This document shows positions 1 to 9,421 of a stretch of 26,913 nucleotides of DNA, in pieces (within the stretch, counting starts at the first letter, position 1; the number at the start of each line of letters is the position of its first letter). The stretch lies in assembly GCA_037128175.1 (NCBI GenBank), contig JBAXWY010000038.1, positions 1 through 26,913 on the forward strand, written 5' to 3'. The notes under the pieces were generated by a model. That model saw nothing but the letters and a program-made list of their open reading frames with translations. It was not told the origin of the DNA and searched no databases. Both the position numbers and the translations under genes were made by a program. The stretch is from Methanothrix sp. GTDB lineage: Archaea > Halobacteriota > Methanosarcinia > Methanotrichales > Methanotrichaceae.

Positions 1-54
1 AAAAACGCACTTTTCTCGGAGGTTTCTCTTAAATGCCAGTAAATAGGAATCCTC
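1..54. mobile_element. Terminus of a multicopy IS element at the left contig end
   Basis: 1-54 is the exact reverse complement of 26860-26913 (seen). The right-hand copy interrupts an ISAzo13 transposase, as an inserted IS would. The outer end GAGGATTCC resembles the GAGAATTCC end of the IS5 remnant at 2905 (family assignment is inference). Confidence 0.75.
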
Positions 55-226
55 TTCAGATGAAATCCATAAAAAGTCTACAAATCCCCTGTATAATATA
101 TTATAATTATAAGGGTTTACTAGCATCCTAAGAGGTGTGCATCCAGAATTACCGATGGTATATTTTCCCCACGCAAAATATTTTGAGCCGACTCCTTGAT
201 TGACAGACAGCCGATTGCTATTGAAT

Positions 227-505
227 TTAGCACTTTAGGTCGTTCATGGGATTATGATTTATCAATTCAAGAGGACTTGTCTGAGGTACCTCGATTTGAT
301 TTGGATCAGCCACAGCATCCTCGTTGTTGTACATCTCATATTCCTCTTCCGAAATCTCCTGCCACCCGATTAGAACCGTCTTGAAATTAGTTTCCGATAG
401 AACGTTTTTGAGCCAAGTAAAAGGATGCTCCTCGACTACATTGCAATCGAAAAATTCCCTTCCCAACCTCTTACTTACATACGAAATAAAATAATATTTT
501 CCCAT
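227..505 (-). CDS. Hypothetical protein (92 aa), probably from a mobile element or virus
   Basis: ATG start with a GGGG purine run upstream and a protein-like composition. No family recognised. Confidence 0.6.
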   Translation of the reverse strand: MGKYYFISYVSKRLGREFFDCNVVEEHPFTWLKNVLSETNFKTVLIGWQEISEEEYEMYNNEDAVADPNQIEVPQTSPLELINHNPMNDLKC

Positions 506-603
506 TATATCCCCCTTAATTTAGATAAAGATGGTATATCCTGAAAAACTTTTTGGGTGAAGCAAAGAACTTCCCACAGATTGGGTTTGGCAAGGTTGTC
601 TTC

Positions 604-658
604 GGACTCTCGCTACGCTACGCTCTACTAAAGTGAGAGCTACGCTTCGCAAGCGTCC
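604..658. repeat. REP-like intergenic palindromic element
   Basis: GCTACGCT occurs three times (612, 617, 639). Stems: CTCTCGCT/AGTGAGAG (607-614/632-639, one GU) and ACGCTT-cgc-AAGCGT (642-656). Confidence 0.45.
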
Positions 659-897
659 TCGATCTCTCCCTCACTGTCTGTCCAGAAATGATGTTACCTG
701 TATTCCCTTCTTTAGTTGCCCCACAAGCCCATGTGAAGCCCATTAAATCCCGAATTTTGCCCATGAGCGTGGGTTTGTGTACCAATGATTGACAGGTGGA
801 ATACGTCCACCGAAATAGAGAGCATTTTAGGACTGCCAGTGATATGCTGATGCTTTATATAATGGAAAGGATTTGAAAGAACAAGGTGATCAGTTTC

Positions 898-1269
898 ATG
901 ACAAAGAATATGGTGGGAGCAGGGATCGTATTTAGCCTTTTTATATTAGTTGTTTCATGCTATGCAGTTGACTTAAGCAATATCAGGAATAACTCCACTT
1001 CACTGAATAACACAACCGGGTTGAATGTCACCAATACTACTCTGAATCCCCTCAATGGTACTGTTGATTCGATCCTTGGAAAATCAGCAAACAAGTCTGA
1101 CCTCTGGAATTGGGGAGATGTTCCAGCAGGATACGTCAGAAAAGGTGGCAAGATCGTTCCTGAAGCCAATTCCGAATCCGATGAATCTGTTATGGAGACA
1201 CCTTCTATGTTATCGCCTAATCCTAATACAGACGGTCGAGCCGGAGGACTATTAGTCAGACCAGAGTGA
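898..1269 (+). CDS. Secreted or surface hypothetical protein
   Basis: AGGTGA RBS before ATG 898, hydrophobic signal peptide, several N-x-S/T sequons, DLWNWG.VP.GY motif. The ORF track start at 886 is the RBS GTG. Confidence 0.8.
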   Translation: MTKNMVGAGIVFSLFILVVSCYAVDLSNIRNNSTSLNNTTGLNVTNTTLNPLNGTVDSILGKSANKSDLWNWGDVPAGYVRKGGKIVPEANSESDESVMETPSMLSPNPNTDGRAGGLLVRPE

Positions 1270-1339
1270 GTTGGATGGTAGAAGTAATCCATATTTATTT
1301 TTATTCCTCGTAGATGATGCAGGCTCTGATCAGGATCAT

Positions 1340-1542
1340 CCAACTTACCAACTTTGTCCAACTTTTATCCAACTTTAGGAAACCGCTATACAGTTCATTG
1401 ATCCAACCAAAACAACTTGATTTCTAGGTTTTGCATGGGATAGCACCCTCCAATAATGCATGGTATCCATGAAATGTAGTTGTTTTAGTTGGATAACATA
1501 TCTAGCTACCTATTTTAGCGAGTTGTGCCAAAGTTGGGACAA
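1340..1542. repeat. Iteron-like CCAACT cluster with an inverted repeat
   Basis: CCAACTT at 1340, 1348, 1358 and 1369; 24-bp inverted repeat 1401-1424/1471-1494 (21/24 match); reversed copy AAAGTTGG at 1530. Confidence 0.7.
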
Positions 1543-1701
1543 CTTTTCGAGATCATTATTGGTAACAATATGTACCACCTAGCTCTGAATCCTTTGGAAA
1601 TTAAGCTCTCTTTAAACACCTCTTCAGCGGATTCTCTAGGTACAATGGTCGGGCACTTGAAAAAATTGCCCCTTAATACCCATTATAATCACGAATTTTA
1701 G

Positions 1702-2310
1702 CTACTTAATTTTATTTCTACTAAATGGAATAAACATTGGTACTTCCTGTTGATATTTAACGTAAGTATCACCAAACTCCAATACAAGTTTCTTTTCTTC
1801 AAGTCTCGTAGCGATAAGAATATAAATCGTCAAAATTGTGTTTACAATTATATCTGATATCGTGAAGATTTGGCACCATAAAACTATTATTAAAGCCAAA
1901 TACATCGGATGCCTTATTACTCCTAATAGTCCATTCTTTTTAACTTCAATCGATGGATTTGTTTCCTTTATTTTTCCAAAGTTTAATGCTTGCCGAATAC
2001 CAAAAAAGGATAGAGAATCATAGTTGAAGAAAAAAGCCCAAAAGAACATTAACAAGGAACCCGATATGAGTACATAACGTACAATGTTCAAGGGCAAACT
2101 ATACATTATAATTACTTTATTATCTAGCTGTGTTGTGTAATTGATTAAAGGAATAAGCAAAGCCAATGAAATGAATATATAAAAAATTCTATAAAAAGCA
2201 TAATAATTCTTTAATAAATGTTTCATTAAATCTGTAAACCTTATACTAATCAGAAAACTATGCTGCAAACAGTATCCTACCCACATTAATACAATTAATA
2301 AATAGTTCAT
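1702..2310 (-). CDS. ICMT/PEMT-superfamily membrane methyltransferase (MddA/nurim-like)
   Basis: Several TM helices, N-terminal QHS, RHPMY motif and C-terminal EE..L...FG..Y..Y...VP. Very AT-rich. Confidence 0.85.
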   Translation of the reverse strand: MNYLLIVLMWVGYCLQHSFLISIRFTDLMKHLLKNYYAFYRIFYIFISLALLIPLINYTTQLDNKVIIMYSLPLNIVRYVLISGSLLMFFWAFFFNYDSLSFFGIRQALNFGKIKETNPSIEVKKNGLLGVIRHPMYLALIIVLWCQIFTISDIIVNTILTIYILIATRLEEKKLVLEFGDTYVKYQQEVPMFIPFSRNKIK

Positions 2311-2382
2311 TTTGAGTCCTTCCCTATATCTTACAGTGCAAGACGAGTTCCTTCTATTTGCCCGATTAATACTAATAGTTTA

Positions 2383-2905
2383 TTACTGAAAGATGGGGTC
2401 AGATGTTATAAATGTGGCATCCTGCATGATTCCTTTTTGCACCTTGAGGTTCATTGCATCAAGCTGCCTCTGCATCTCTATCCATACTTCCTTATCCGCA
2501 CCGGTCTCGGCAAGACGCTCTCTGAACTTCCATATCGTTGTGGAATCTGGAACGACCTCTGTTGTGCCAAGGAACACTCTAAACGAGATGCGATCAGCTA
2601 ATTCGCGTTCAAGCTGTTCATCGGAGAGACTGTAAAGCTGTTGAATGAACAGCGACTTAAGCATCAAAATCACATCGAGGTTTGGGCGGCCACCGCGGTC
2701 AGTATTGTTTTTATACATGACCTCGAGTTTCTGCCTGAAGCCCTCCCAATCTATTCTGCCCCCGATCTCGACGAGTTTATCTCCAAGCTTCTTGATGCGC
2801 TCGTACTCATGCAAAATGGCAAAATCGGTAAGGTTCCTCGTGCATTGTTATATAGTATTAATACTATTTAAATATTTCGATTTAAATAGGTTTTTCGGAA
2901 TTCTC
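2383..2905 (-). mobile_element. Truncated IS5-family element (transposase N-terminal half, pseudogene)
   Basis: GGRP..D..LMLK..F.QQ.Y.LSD, VPD.TTIW.FRERL and first catalytic D in DATFI.SDP, after which it ends. The frame extends to an ACG at 2841 (probable mutated ATG). Putative terminal IR GAGAATTCCGAAAAACC at 2905-2889. Confidence 0.85.
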
Positions 2906-3004
2906 TATAGAATTTATTCTAATGAACTATGACGAATTAATGAAGCCAGCAATCAGAGGAACGGCAGGAACCAGTTGGTATGTATACAATTGGGATTGGT
3001 ATAT

Positions 3005-3367
3005 CTAATGATGAAGGTAAAGCTGACATTTTGTCCGAGCATTTCTTGATACTTTTTTTATCGAGAAGGAATAATTATTGATTGTACTCCGAGACAGCTT
3101 CCTGTCATGGAGCTGATCGCGAAATCCGGCAAAATCATCTGCGGAAGGCGAATCAGTTTCTGAGAACTCCAAGTATTTGGTTACATGTAAAACATACATG
3201 GGAATAGTGGACGTTCTTAGCCCTTTATCCTCCAAGTACCTTCTGTAACGCTTAACAGCAGGTTTAAGGTCTTCTTTGCTAATAACTCTCTCTTCCAGTT
3301 CACATCCATACGCTTCTTGGGCATCTTGTATCAACCTTGAAGCGGCACTGAAAAAGAATCCTGTCAC
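3005..3367 (-). pseudogene. Tyrosine integrase N-terminal (SAM-like, core-binding) fragment
   Basis: RRYLEDKGLRTSTI..Y and LSRSTINNY.FSIKK match integrase N-terminal domains; lies 50 bp downstream of the tRNA-Leu 3' end. Removing one A from the A7 run (3053-3059) restores IKKYQEMLGQNVSFTFI. The catalytic domain is absent. Confidence 0.75.
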
Positions 3368-3416
3368 CCATAGAAAAATTCTACGAGTGTTAATAGGCTA
3401 AAACCGATATCATTAA

Positions 3417-3500
3417 TGCGGGATACGGGATTCGAACCCGCGAACTCCTGCGAGACAGGATCTTAAGTCCTGCGCCTTTGGCCAGCTTGGCTAACCCCGC
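3417..3500 (-). tRNA. tRNA-Leu (anticodon TAA)
   Basis: GCGGGGT/ATCCCGC-A acceptor stem, CAGGA-CTTAAGA-TCCTG anticodon arm, long variable arm, GGTTCGAATCC T-arm; CCA not encoded. Confidence 0.97.
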
Positions 3501-3605
3501 GCTCATCAGATCTATACTTCTGGAATAAGTACTTTCCCGATTCAACAAACCTTTTTTGCGCCCTTAATTTGCAGATCATAGTAAAAGAAAAAAGGAGATG
3601 GTGGC

Positions 3606-4550
3606 TTAAATATAGACCGCTGTTCCCGGTTCCACGTAGATTATCTTCTGGACTCCTCTTGTGAAGAACATCGTCTTCGGATAGTTGAACTGGCCATCAT
3701 AGACCCGAACATCATGGTTCCTACCACCAACCACACTGAAACGGAACCTTCCATCAAGTGCATCTCCTCCAGCCCCCTCCGTACCTATGTAATTGCCATC
3801 CAGGAATACCTGATATCCTTTCATCCCTTGTGAGACAATCGTTACTGGTGTGTCTCCTGTTGCTGGCGGAGTTGTTGTCGCGGGTGGAATTATATAGGCC
3901 GGCGGATAGCTGGGAGTTGTCTGCGGATATGATGGCGGATAAGATGCGGTAACATCGATGACTATGGCATTGCTTACCTGGCCGCCGATTATGAAGAGCA
4001 GTACATGCTGGCCGATTGTATCGGCATAGAAGTCTATCTGGCTGCTGCCTGGGAAGAAGTAGAAGCTTTCCTTGGATAGCTTTCCATCAGGGGTTATCTC
4101 ATACAGATATCCGTTGCCTCCCGGGGAAGAGGTTGCCAGCAGAGAGAGGCCGGACCACTGGGGAACTTTAGCGTACTGGGACCAGCTGGAAGAGCCCAGT
4201 ATCCACAAGGAGTTTCCTCCAGTGTAGGCGGCATTGCTCTGATATTGAGTGTACGGCATAGCTTGCATTTGATAGCTGAAATAGACCGTGGAGGGCGTGC
4301 TGTCCACTATCAAATGCTTCTTTGGGATCTCAATATGCTTCTTGGGAGCAGATCCTTTGTAGGACCAGTAGTATTGAGAATAGAGGGAATCATATATGCT
4401 AGAAGACGGTGGATTGCCGCCTACCCATGGCTGGCCGATGCCCAGCTCAAACAGCTTCTCAGCTCTCGCTTCTCCTGGTAGCAGCTCTACGGCAATTGCA
4501 CACCCCACTAAAGATATAATGAGGACTATCGATATCAATAATTTATTCAT
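3606..4550 (-). CDS. Secreted protein with a P/T-rich linker and C-terminal PEGA-like beta domain
   Basis: AGGTGA RBS before ATG 4550, signal peptide, PPSYP/TTP linker, YQVFLDGNYIG motif. Confidence 0.85.
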   Translation of the reverse strand: MNKLLISIVLIISLVGCAIAVELLPGEARAEKLFELGIGQPWVGGNPPSSSIYDSLYSQYYWSYKGSAPKKHIEIPKKHLIVDSTPSTVYFSYQMQAMPYTQYQSNAAYTGGNSLWILGSSSWSQYAKVPQWSGLSLLATSSPGGNGYLYEITPDGKLSKESFYFFPGSSQIDFYADTIGQHVLLFIIGGQVSNAIVIDVTASYPPSYPQTTPSYPPAYIIPPATTTPPATGDTPVTIVSQGMKGYQVFLDGNYIGTEGAGGDALDGRFRFSVVGGRNHDVRVYDGQFNYPKTMFFTRGVQKIIYVEPGTAVYI

Positions 4551-4770
4551 ATATTTCACCTGATGTGGGTAAGATGGATTTTATGCATTCTTTATTCGTA
4601 CGGTTGTAGAGGGATGGATGCATCCCAAAGATATAAAGCTTTATATTTCAATGTGGTCTTATTTTCATAAATCTAATCAGAAGCAATCGAAAACCTGGCA
4701 CCTTTGTCTGCCTGGGGCAACCGGAGGGCGGAGCGATCTTGCCTGATGATTTCCCCAAAATTAAGCCCGA

Positions 4771-4812
4771 AAAAAAGATTATCTGGCCTCTCTCGAAGAT
4801 CGCGAGAAGGCC
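4771..4812 (-). terminator. Hairpin plus oligo-T terminator after the 4850-6013 gene
   Basis: Imperfect GGCCT..CTCG/CGAGAAGGCC stem at 4785-4812, followed on the minus strand by a T7 run. Confidence 0.5.
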
Positions 4813-4849
4813 TATCTAAGATTGAGGTTTGTGTATCTTACTTAGTCTC

Positions 4850-6013
4850 TTAGAAACCCTCCGTCACCCTCATGGCAGACCAGGTCCCTCCGGGAGCACT
4901 ATCTGCTGTGTAAGTGCCGGAAGATATGGAATTTTCCGCCACAGACCGCGATACCCAGAAGGTCGCACCCCCGTTCGGCGATACCCACATCAGGGTAAGG
5001 ACCGTTCCGTCGAACTGCCAGGTCCCCCGCCGGTTGGCTCCTACATTGGCTCCCTCCGTCTCCGTCCATTCCAGGGTGCCGTCCTTCTTTAAATTCAGGT
5101 CCGCCTTCCAATCGTTAAAGCCTTCCTGATGCCCGGACATCTTCCAGGCACCGGCCAGCTGCAAGCCGCTGCCCAGAGGTCCGTCAAAGCAGACCACGTA
5201 AGCATCCTCGGAGCTGAGTTTCAGCCAGACCAAAGACCTGCCGGGGGCAGGATTGGTGAGCATGGGGTTGATGGTCTGGGGGGTGGCCTCGCCCAGACTG
5301 GCTGCAACCACATCTAAGACGTAGAACTTGCCGTCAAGAAGCTCCTTTTGCCCCAGTTGATTCCATTTATCCGGCGTTCCTATCTGGGTGCCGGTTCTTT
5401 TGCCGTACCAGATATTGTACATGCCTGGGGCCAGTCCCGGTCCGGCTGTGTAAAGGTCGGTTGGACTTCTGGGCGAATAGTCCGCTCCATCTCCGGCACA
5501 GGGAGCAGACTTTCCTTTATCGCTGCCGCCGTTGCCACTCTTAAGACCGATAACTGTGGCAAGTCCACAGTCCTGGCTCTCGGAGGTATAGGACCAGGTC
5601 GATGGGCTTGAGTCGATAATCGTATAGGTCCCGGCGGGCAAATCCACACTCGGCGACAATTGAACTATCCAGTAAGCGTTGGGGACGCCACCCTGGCCCG
5701 GTTCTCCCCCGGCCTGCCAGGGGCCGTAGGTCTTGCCCTGTTCGTCCCTCAGCCCAATTGTTCCCGGCGATTCTCCGGAGCCATAATGGTATGTGCCCAT
5801 TTTGGTAATGGTCCTTTGCACGTCAATGGTAAAGACGGTAGGGTTGGGTGGGCCATTGCTGACACCTGCGCATGCGCTTTGAGCAAAGATGCGTTCTTCC
5901 CCGTCGCCCGGAGAGGGAAGACCGTAGCACTCGCATAGACCAGCCTGGGTCACAATAAATGCGGCCAGGATGGAAAATAATAAAATCGTAAACTGCTTCC
6001 TGGGTCTGATCAT
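4850..6013 (-). CDS. Secreted multidomain hypothetical protein
   Basis: 387-aa ORF, GAGGTG RBS, N-terminal signal peptide, G/S/T/W-rich beta domains. Confidence 0.85.
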   Translation of the reverse strand: MIRPRKQFTILLFSILAAFIVTQAGLCECYGLPSPGDGEERIFAQSACAGVSNGPPNPTVFTIDVQRTITKMGTYHYGSGESPGTIGLRDEQGKTYGPWQAGGEPGQGGVPNAYWIVQLSPSVDLPAGTYTIIDSSPSTWSYTSESQDCGLATVIGLKSGNGGSDKGKSAPCAGDGADYSPRSPTDLYTAGPGLAPGMYNIWYGKRTGTQIGTPDKWNQLGQKELLDGKFYVLDVVAASLGEATPQTINPMLTNPAPGRSLVWLKLSSEDAYVVCFDGPLGSGLQLAGAWKMSGHQEGFNDWKADLNLKKDGTLEWTETEGANVGANRRGTWQFDGTVLTLMWVSPNGGATFWVSRSVAENSISSGTYTADSAPGGTWSAMRVTEGF

Positions 6014-6197
6014 TCAAATCCACCTCGACACCTTCCAGCAGCTAAACCGAAAAGATGCAAAACATCCAAGACGCGCTATAGATATAAATTTTCTTAATTG
6101 ACGGGCTTTCTCCTGATTAAAAAAAGACGGAAAATGCCTATTACTGGCCTCTTTTTCCGCTGTTGTTTTTCCTGATTTACCAATTACTGCGTATCGC

Positions 6198-6797
6198 TTA
6201 AGCCGGAGGCATAACCTGGCCGCCCTGCGTCGTGGGGGCAGGCTGAGCTGAGGCCGCAGCCTCGCCCTTCACGATTTGTAGGCTGGAAAGCAAGCTCTCC
6301 GTAACATCCTGTGGGAATGTAGAGGTGATTACGACGCTGGTCTTACCGACTGATAACGGTCCGCATTCGCAGCCCTGGCTGTCCAGCCAGTACATGGCTC
6401 GATAGACTGAGCTAGGAGCTCCAGCTATCGCCTCTAATGGATTACTTGTAACCAAAAAGCCTTCCTTCCCGTCAATTGTCATATCTTCGACATTTGTGAC
6501 ATTGAGGCCCTGGAGCATCATGCTCATCGGTAACATGCTCTTAAAAACCATCAGTGTGGAATCGGTCGGTTCGGCGTACTCCGTTATGCCGATTGCGGCA
6601 AAGGTGGAGTTGTCGACGAATAAACGCATCTGGTAGGCGTTGCTGGTCTCCGTTTCAATCGGCTGGCCTATTTGAGGTTGATAATTGGCGTTTAGATCAA
6701 ACGATACCGCGTAGGGGCCGAGCTGTTGGTTATCCGGCACAGCAATAGCTATGGCCGACAGCATCAGCACTATGGTTGCTGCTAATAATAACTTCAT
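6198..6797 (-). CDS. Secreted hypothetical protein
   Basis: GGTGA RBS, signal peptide, LGPY.VSFDLN start of the mature protein, low-complexity tail. Confidence 0.85.
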   Translation of the reverse strand: MKLLLAATIVLMLSAIAIAVPDNQQLGPYAVSFDLNANYQPQIGQPIETETSNAYQMRLFVDNSTFAAIGITEYAEPTDSTLMVFKSMLPMSMMLQGLNVTNVEDMTIDGKEGFLVTSNPLEAIAGAPSSVYRAMYWLDSQGCECGPLSVGKTSVVITSTFPQDVTESLLSSLQIVKGEAAASAQPAPTTQGGQVMPPA

Positions 6798-6928
6798 TTA
6801 ATTTTCACCCGAAGCCATTTGCTCCTTCATCCTAGAAAAGACTTGCTTTGATATGCCCCTCGTATATTTCCTCCACGATTCCTATACAAAGCATCAAGCT
6901 CAAATATCCGCCATCCTGAGCACCAGGC

Positions 6929-7360
6929 ATGCAGCCGCAGAGAAATGAGCCGGGAATTTATACGCTGATACTTTCTTTGCAGGAGGCAGAGAAGATAAAG
7001 GTCGGATCTCTGGGCATTATGGACTTTGCCGGGGGCTTCTATTCTTACACCGGCTCGGCGCGGGGCTCCGGCGGTCTCAAGCGCGTGGATCGCCACATTC
7101 TGGTGTCAAATGGCATCAAAACAACGCGGCGCTGGCATATCGATTATCTCTTGCCCCACACTTGCGTCCGGGAGGTGTTCATCACTAAAACCCCCCAGGA
7201 TCTGGAGTGCTGCATCGCGAATGCGATAGGAAAGCAACTCGTTCCTGTGCCGGGCTTTGGCTGCACGGATTGTCGCTGCATAAGCCACCTGCACTATTCC
7301 CCGGGCCTGGGAGAGATGCGAGCGGCAGTAGCAGCGGCTCATGGTGTGGCCGTGATTTAA
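6929..7360 (+). CDS. GIY-YIG (Uri) nuclease family protein, DUF123 type
   Basis: GIY.L, Y.Y.GSA.G, RWHIDYLL and GFGC.DC.C.SHL motifs. Confidence 0.9.
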   Translation: MQPQRNEPGIYTLILSLQEAEKIKVGSLGIMDFAGGFYSYTGSARGSGGLKRVDRHILVSNGIKTTRRWHIDYLLPHTCVREVFITKTPQDLECCIANAIGKQLVPVPGFGCTDCRCISHLHYSPGLGEMRAAVAAAHGVAVI

Positions 7361-7424
7361 AGACGGTCCGGTGCCGAGATAATGGTCCCCGATCCGGGTT
7401 GAGAGCCGTCTCCGTTCGTTCGTC

Positions 7425-7451
7425 CTCTGTGCGCTCTGCGACTCTGCGGTT
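7425..7451. repeat. Triple CTCTGYG short repeat between convergent genes
   Basis: CTCTGTG-cg-CTCTGCG-a-CTCTGCG-GTT; the reverse strand reads AACCGCAGAG-T-CGCAGAG-CG-CACAGAG. Confidence 0.6.
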
Positions 7452-7472
7452 TCATTTCGGTATCGTTCCTCT

Positions 7473-8111
7473 TCACGGGCAGGGCAAGGTCAAAACGGAG
7501 GTATCTCCTACAATCGTTTCCGATCTTATCTGCGCGTAGCCCATGTATGTTCCGCCCATTATAAAGGACGGCACGGTCTTGGCATTCTTCTGCACCCGTT
7601 GGCCGATCCTGGCGGTCCCCTGGATCTCGGAGCTGATCTCATAAACGGAGAAGCTGTCATTCTGGTAAATCTTGGTATCCTTTATGAGGTCTTTGTCGAT
7701 GTTGTAGTTCTCAGAAAAGACCGATCCCACCTCGTAATTCTTGGCACAGAGAGCATTTCTAAGGTCGCTTTGTGTGAGGGGGGGAGTGTAAGGCCGGTAA
7801 TCATAATTGGCAGAGATGGTGAGGGATGCTTCATCCATATTCGAGTCCCGGTAGACCTCCGAGTCGATGGTTCTGGTGGCCATTCCACTTCCACTTGTGG
7901 TGAGGGCGATCTTTTGCCCTTTGAAGCCGGTCTTGGTCTGCAAGATTCTCGACTCTTCCAGGTAGCCGTTGACGAATATCCAGGAATGCTCCGTGAAGTT
8001 CTGAGCTAATCTATCCTTTGTCATGGCCTTTGCATCAACTGTGTTTACAGCAGCCATATTGGCAGCGATGCAAGCAAAAACTAACAGCATCGCGAAAAGC
8101 ATCCATCTCAT
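7473..8111 (-). CDS. Secreted hypothetical protein
   Basis: 212-aa ORF with a signal peptide, LCAKNYEVGSVFSE motif and C-terminal LPCP. Confidence 0.85.
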   Translation of the reverse strand: MRWMLFAMLLVFACIAANMAAVNTVDAKAMTKDRLAQNFTEHSWIFVNGYLEESRILQTKTGFKGQKIALTTSGSGMATRTIDSEVYRDSNMDEASLTISANYDYRPYTPPLTQSDLRNALCAKNYEVGSVFSENYNIDKDLIKDTKIYQNDSFSVYEISSEIQGTARIGQRVQKNAKTVPSFIMGGTYMGYAQIRSETIVGDTSVLTLPCP

Positions 8112-8174
8112 CTTTGCGCCTCACCCACTTATGGATAGGCAATGGTGCATTGAAATATAAATGTGATCCTGCAA

Positions 8175-8312
8175 GCATCCTCCTGGCAAAGGACAATGGG
8201 GCCAACCAGTTAGTGATGCTGGAAATGCTCACGCGCGCGCCTGGGCAGCCGGGCGGACGGGGCCGCCCACGGCATCGAGACCACCCCGGCCCAGGAGCGC
8301 CGGCCCTGCGAC
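8175..8312 (+). pseudogene. Decayed response-regulator receiver (REC) fragment, copy A of a 138-bp direct repeat
   Basis: Reads ILLAKDNGANQLVMLEMLTR, then after 4 extra nt in a (GC)n run LGSRADGAAHGIETTPAQERRPCD. This matches REC beta1-alpha2 (ILLAEDN..NQ.V...L..LG..AD.A.NG.E..QALE...YD). 131/138 identical to 11005-11142. Confidence 0.75.
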
Positions 8313-8413
8313 TGCATAAGAGTGGAGTTCTGCTCTGAAGCAACTATTTTTTTAAAGATATTGATCCAAATGTTTTTCTAGCTTGGCATCCATATTTCTT
8401 CTGAGGTGTTCCA

Positions 8414-8956
8414 TTGCTGAAAGCTATGCTCTACGTATTGATATTATCCTCGTTGTCACTCGCAATTTTTATGGGCACAGCAACTGCACATAATCCATCT
8501 GAAGTAGGTGGTAGTGCTCATACCCATCAATTGCCTCCGCCCTGGCCCTATCACGTCGCAATGGTATTTTTAGGGTTTACGTCTCTAGTCGGAGGAGCTT
8601 TCACGGCACGATACTTAAAGCAAAGGACGGGATGGATTGGGTTACATAAAAAACTGGCACTTATCGGTGTCGTATTTGTTCTGGCAGGTCTTTCCATCGC
8701 GGCATATATGGTATCCGTATACATGGAAACATTTTTTGTGCATGAAATGCATGCCTATTTAGGCGCCAGCGTCTTTGCTTTTCTCATAGTGACTCCTATG
8801 TTGGGAATACTCCAATTCAGATCGAGAGATATGAGAATACACACCATCCATCGATGGAGTGGGCGTATTACAATAATGCTCGTTCTGTTCACAATTATCG
8901 CAGGAATACAGATGGTACAAACTGTGTTAGCTCAAAGTGCGGGAAGCGGTAAGTAA
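8414..8956 (+). CDS. Cytochrome b561-like di-haem membrane protein
   Basis: GAGGTG RBS, signal or TM segment plus four TM helices, each with a His (YH, LHK, HAYLG, IHRW.GR). Confidence 0.8.
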   Translation: MLKAMLYVLILSSLSLAIFMGTATAHNPSEVGGSAHTHQLPPPWPYHVAMVFLGFTSLVGGAFTARYLKQRTGWIGLHKKLALIGVVFVLAGLSIAAYMVSVYMETFFVHEMHAYLGASVFAFLIVTPMLGILQFRSRDMRIHTIHRWSGRITIMLVLFTIIAGIQMVQTVLAQSAGSGK

Positions 8957-9210
8957 TCAATATGCAGCCCGAACTATGGAATGCCCGTAAAATAATAGAA
9001 GATGCCGAAATGTCTGAGCTTACCGGGCAGAAGTGGCCCAGGCCCTGCGGTAATTTTGCTCAGGGATGGGCGGCGGGCGGCTCGCATCATCCGCAAGCTC
9101 TGGTAGAGGGGTTGAGGAGAATGGGCGAGCAGGTGACAAGCTCCTGCGCGGGCGAAAAATGAGCATACGTAGGTATCTGAGCAGGAAGTGAAGAAGATGT
9201 CAGAGTCGAG

Positions 9211-9375
9211 TCAATCGTTATTCTGGCAGACGGAGCCATCGTCAAAGACATCCTCGAGGCGCTTTTTGAGTGTTTCGTACTCCTCTTTGCTGACACGCCA
9301 GACAACTTCACCATTCATATTGACAGCGCCGTCGTAAGGGAGGTCGTACCGTATCATTTCACGCCGATCCACCAT
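9211..9375 (-). CDS. Small hypothetical protein (54 aa), copy 1; below the ORF-track cut-off
   Basis: MVDRREMIRYDLPYDGAVNMNGEVVWRVSKEEYETLKKRLEDVFDDGSVCQNND; frame conserved without indels in copy 2; TATA-like TAAATA about 25-30 nt upstream. Confidence 0.6.
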   Translation of the reverse strand: MVDRREMIRYDLPYDGAVNMNGEVVWRVSKEEYETLKKRLEDVFDDGSVCQNND

Positions 9376-9421
9376 ATCAATCCCTTTACGTTCTTTAGAT
9401 ATTTAGTGCGGGGGGACGGGA
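9226..9421. repeat. ~190-bp direct repeat including a copy of the tRNA-Leu(TAG) 3' end (att-like)
   Basis: 9226-9405 aligns without gaps to 13149-13328 (over 90% identity by eye). TGCGGGGGGACGGGA (9407-9421) matches TGCGGGGGACGGGA (13338-13351) with one extra G. Confidence 0.9.

Noticed and set aside
92-112. TATAATATATTATA and TTATAATTATAA palindromes
   Set aside because: Low-complexity AT sequence expected by chance.
1340-1376. Possible CRISPR array
   Set aside because: 7-bp units with 1-4 nt gaps; no 25-40 bp repeats with spacers and no cas genes in the window.
8018-8343. ORFs 8018-8338, 8035-8343, 10856-11185 and 11043-11243
   Set aside because: Artefacts of the GC-rich frameshifted REC remnant.
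8962-9162. 66-aa ORF after cytochrome b561
   Set aside because: No RBS or recognisable motif; probably decayed sequence.
9087-9314. 75-aa ORF overlapping the direct repeat
   Set aside because: Alternative frame of the 54-aa ORF; its extension is not shared with copy 2.
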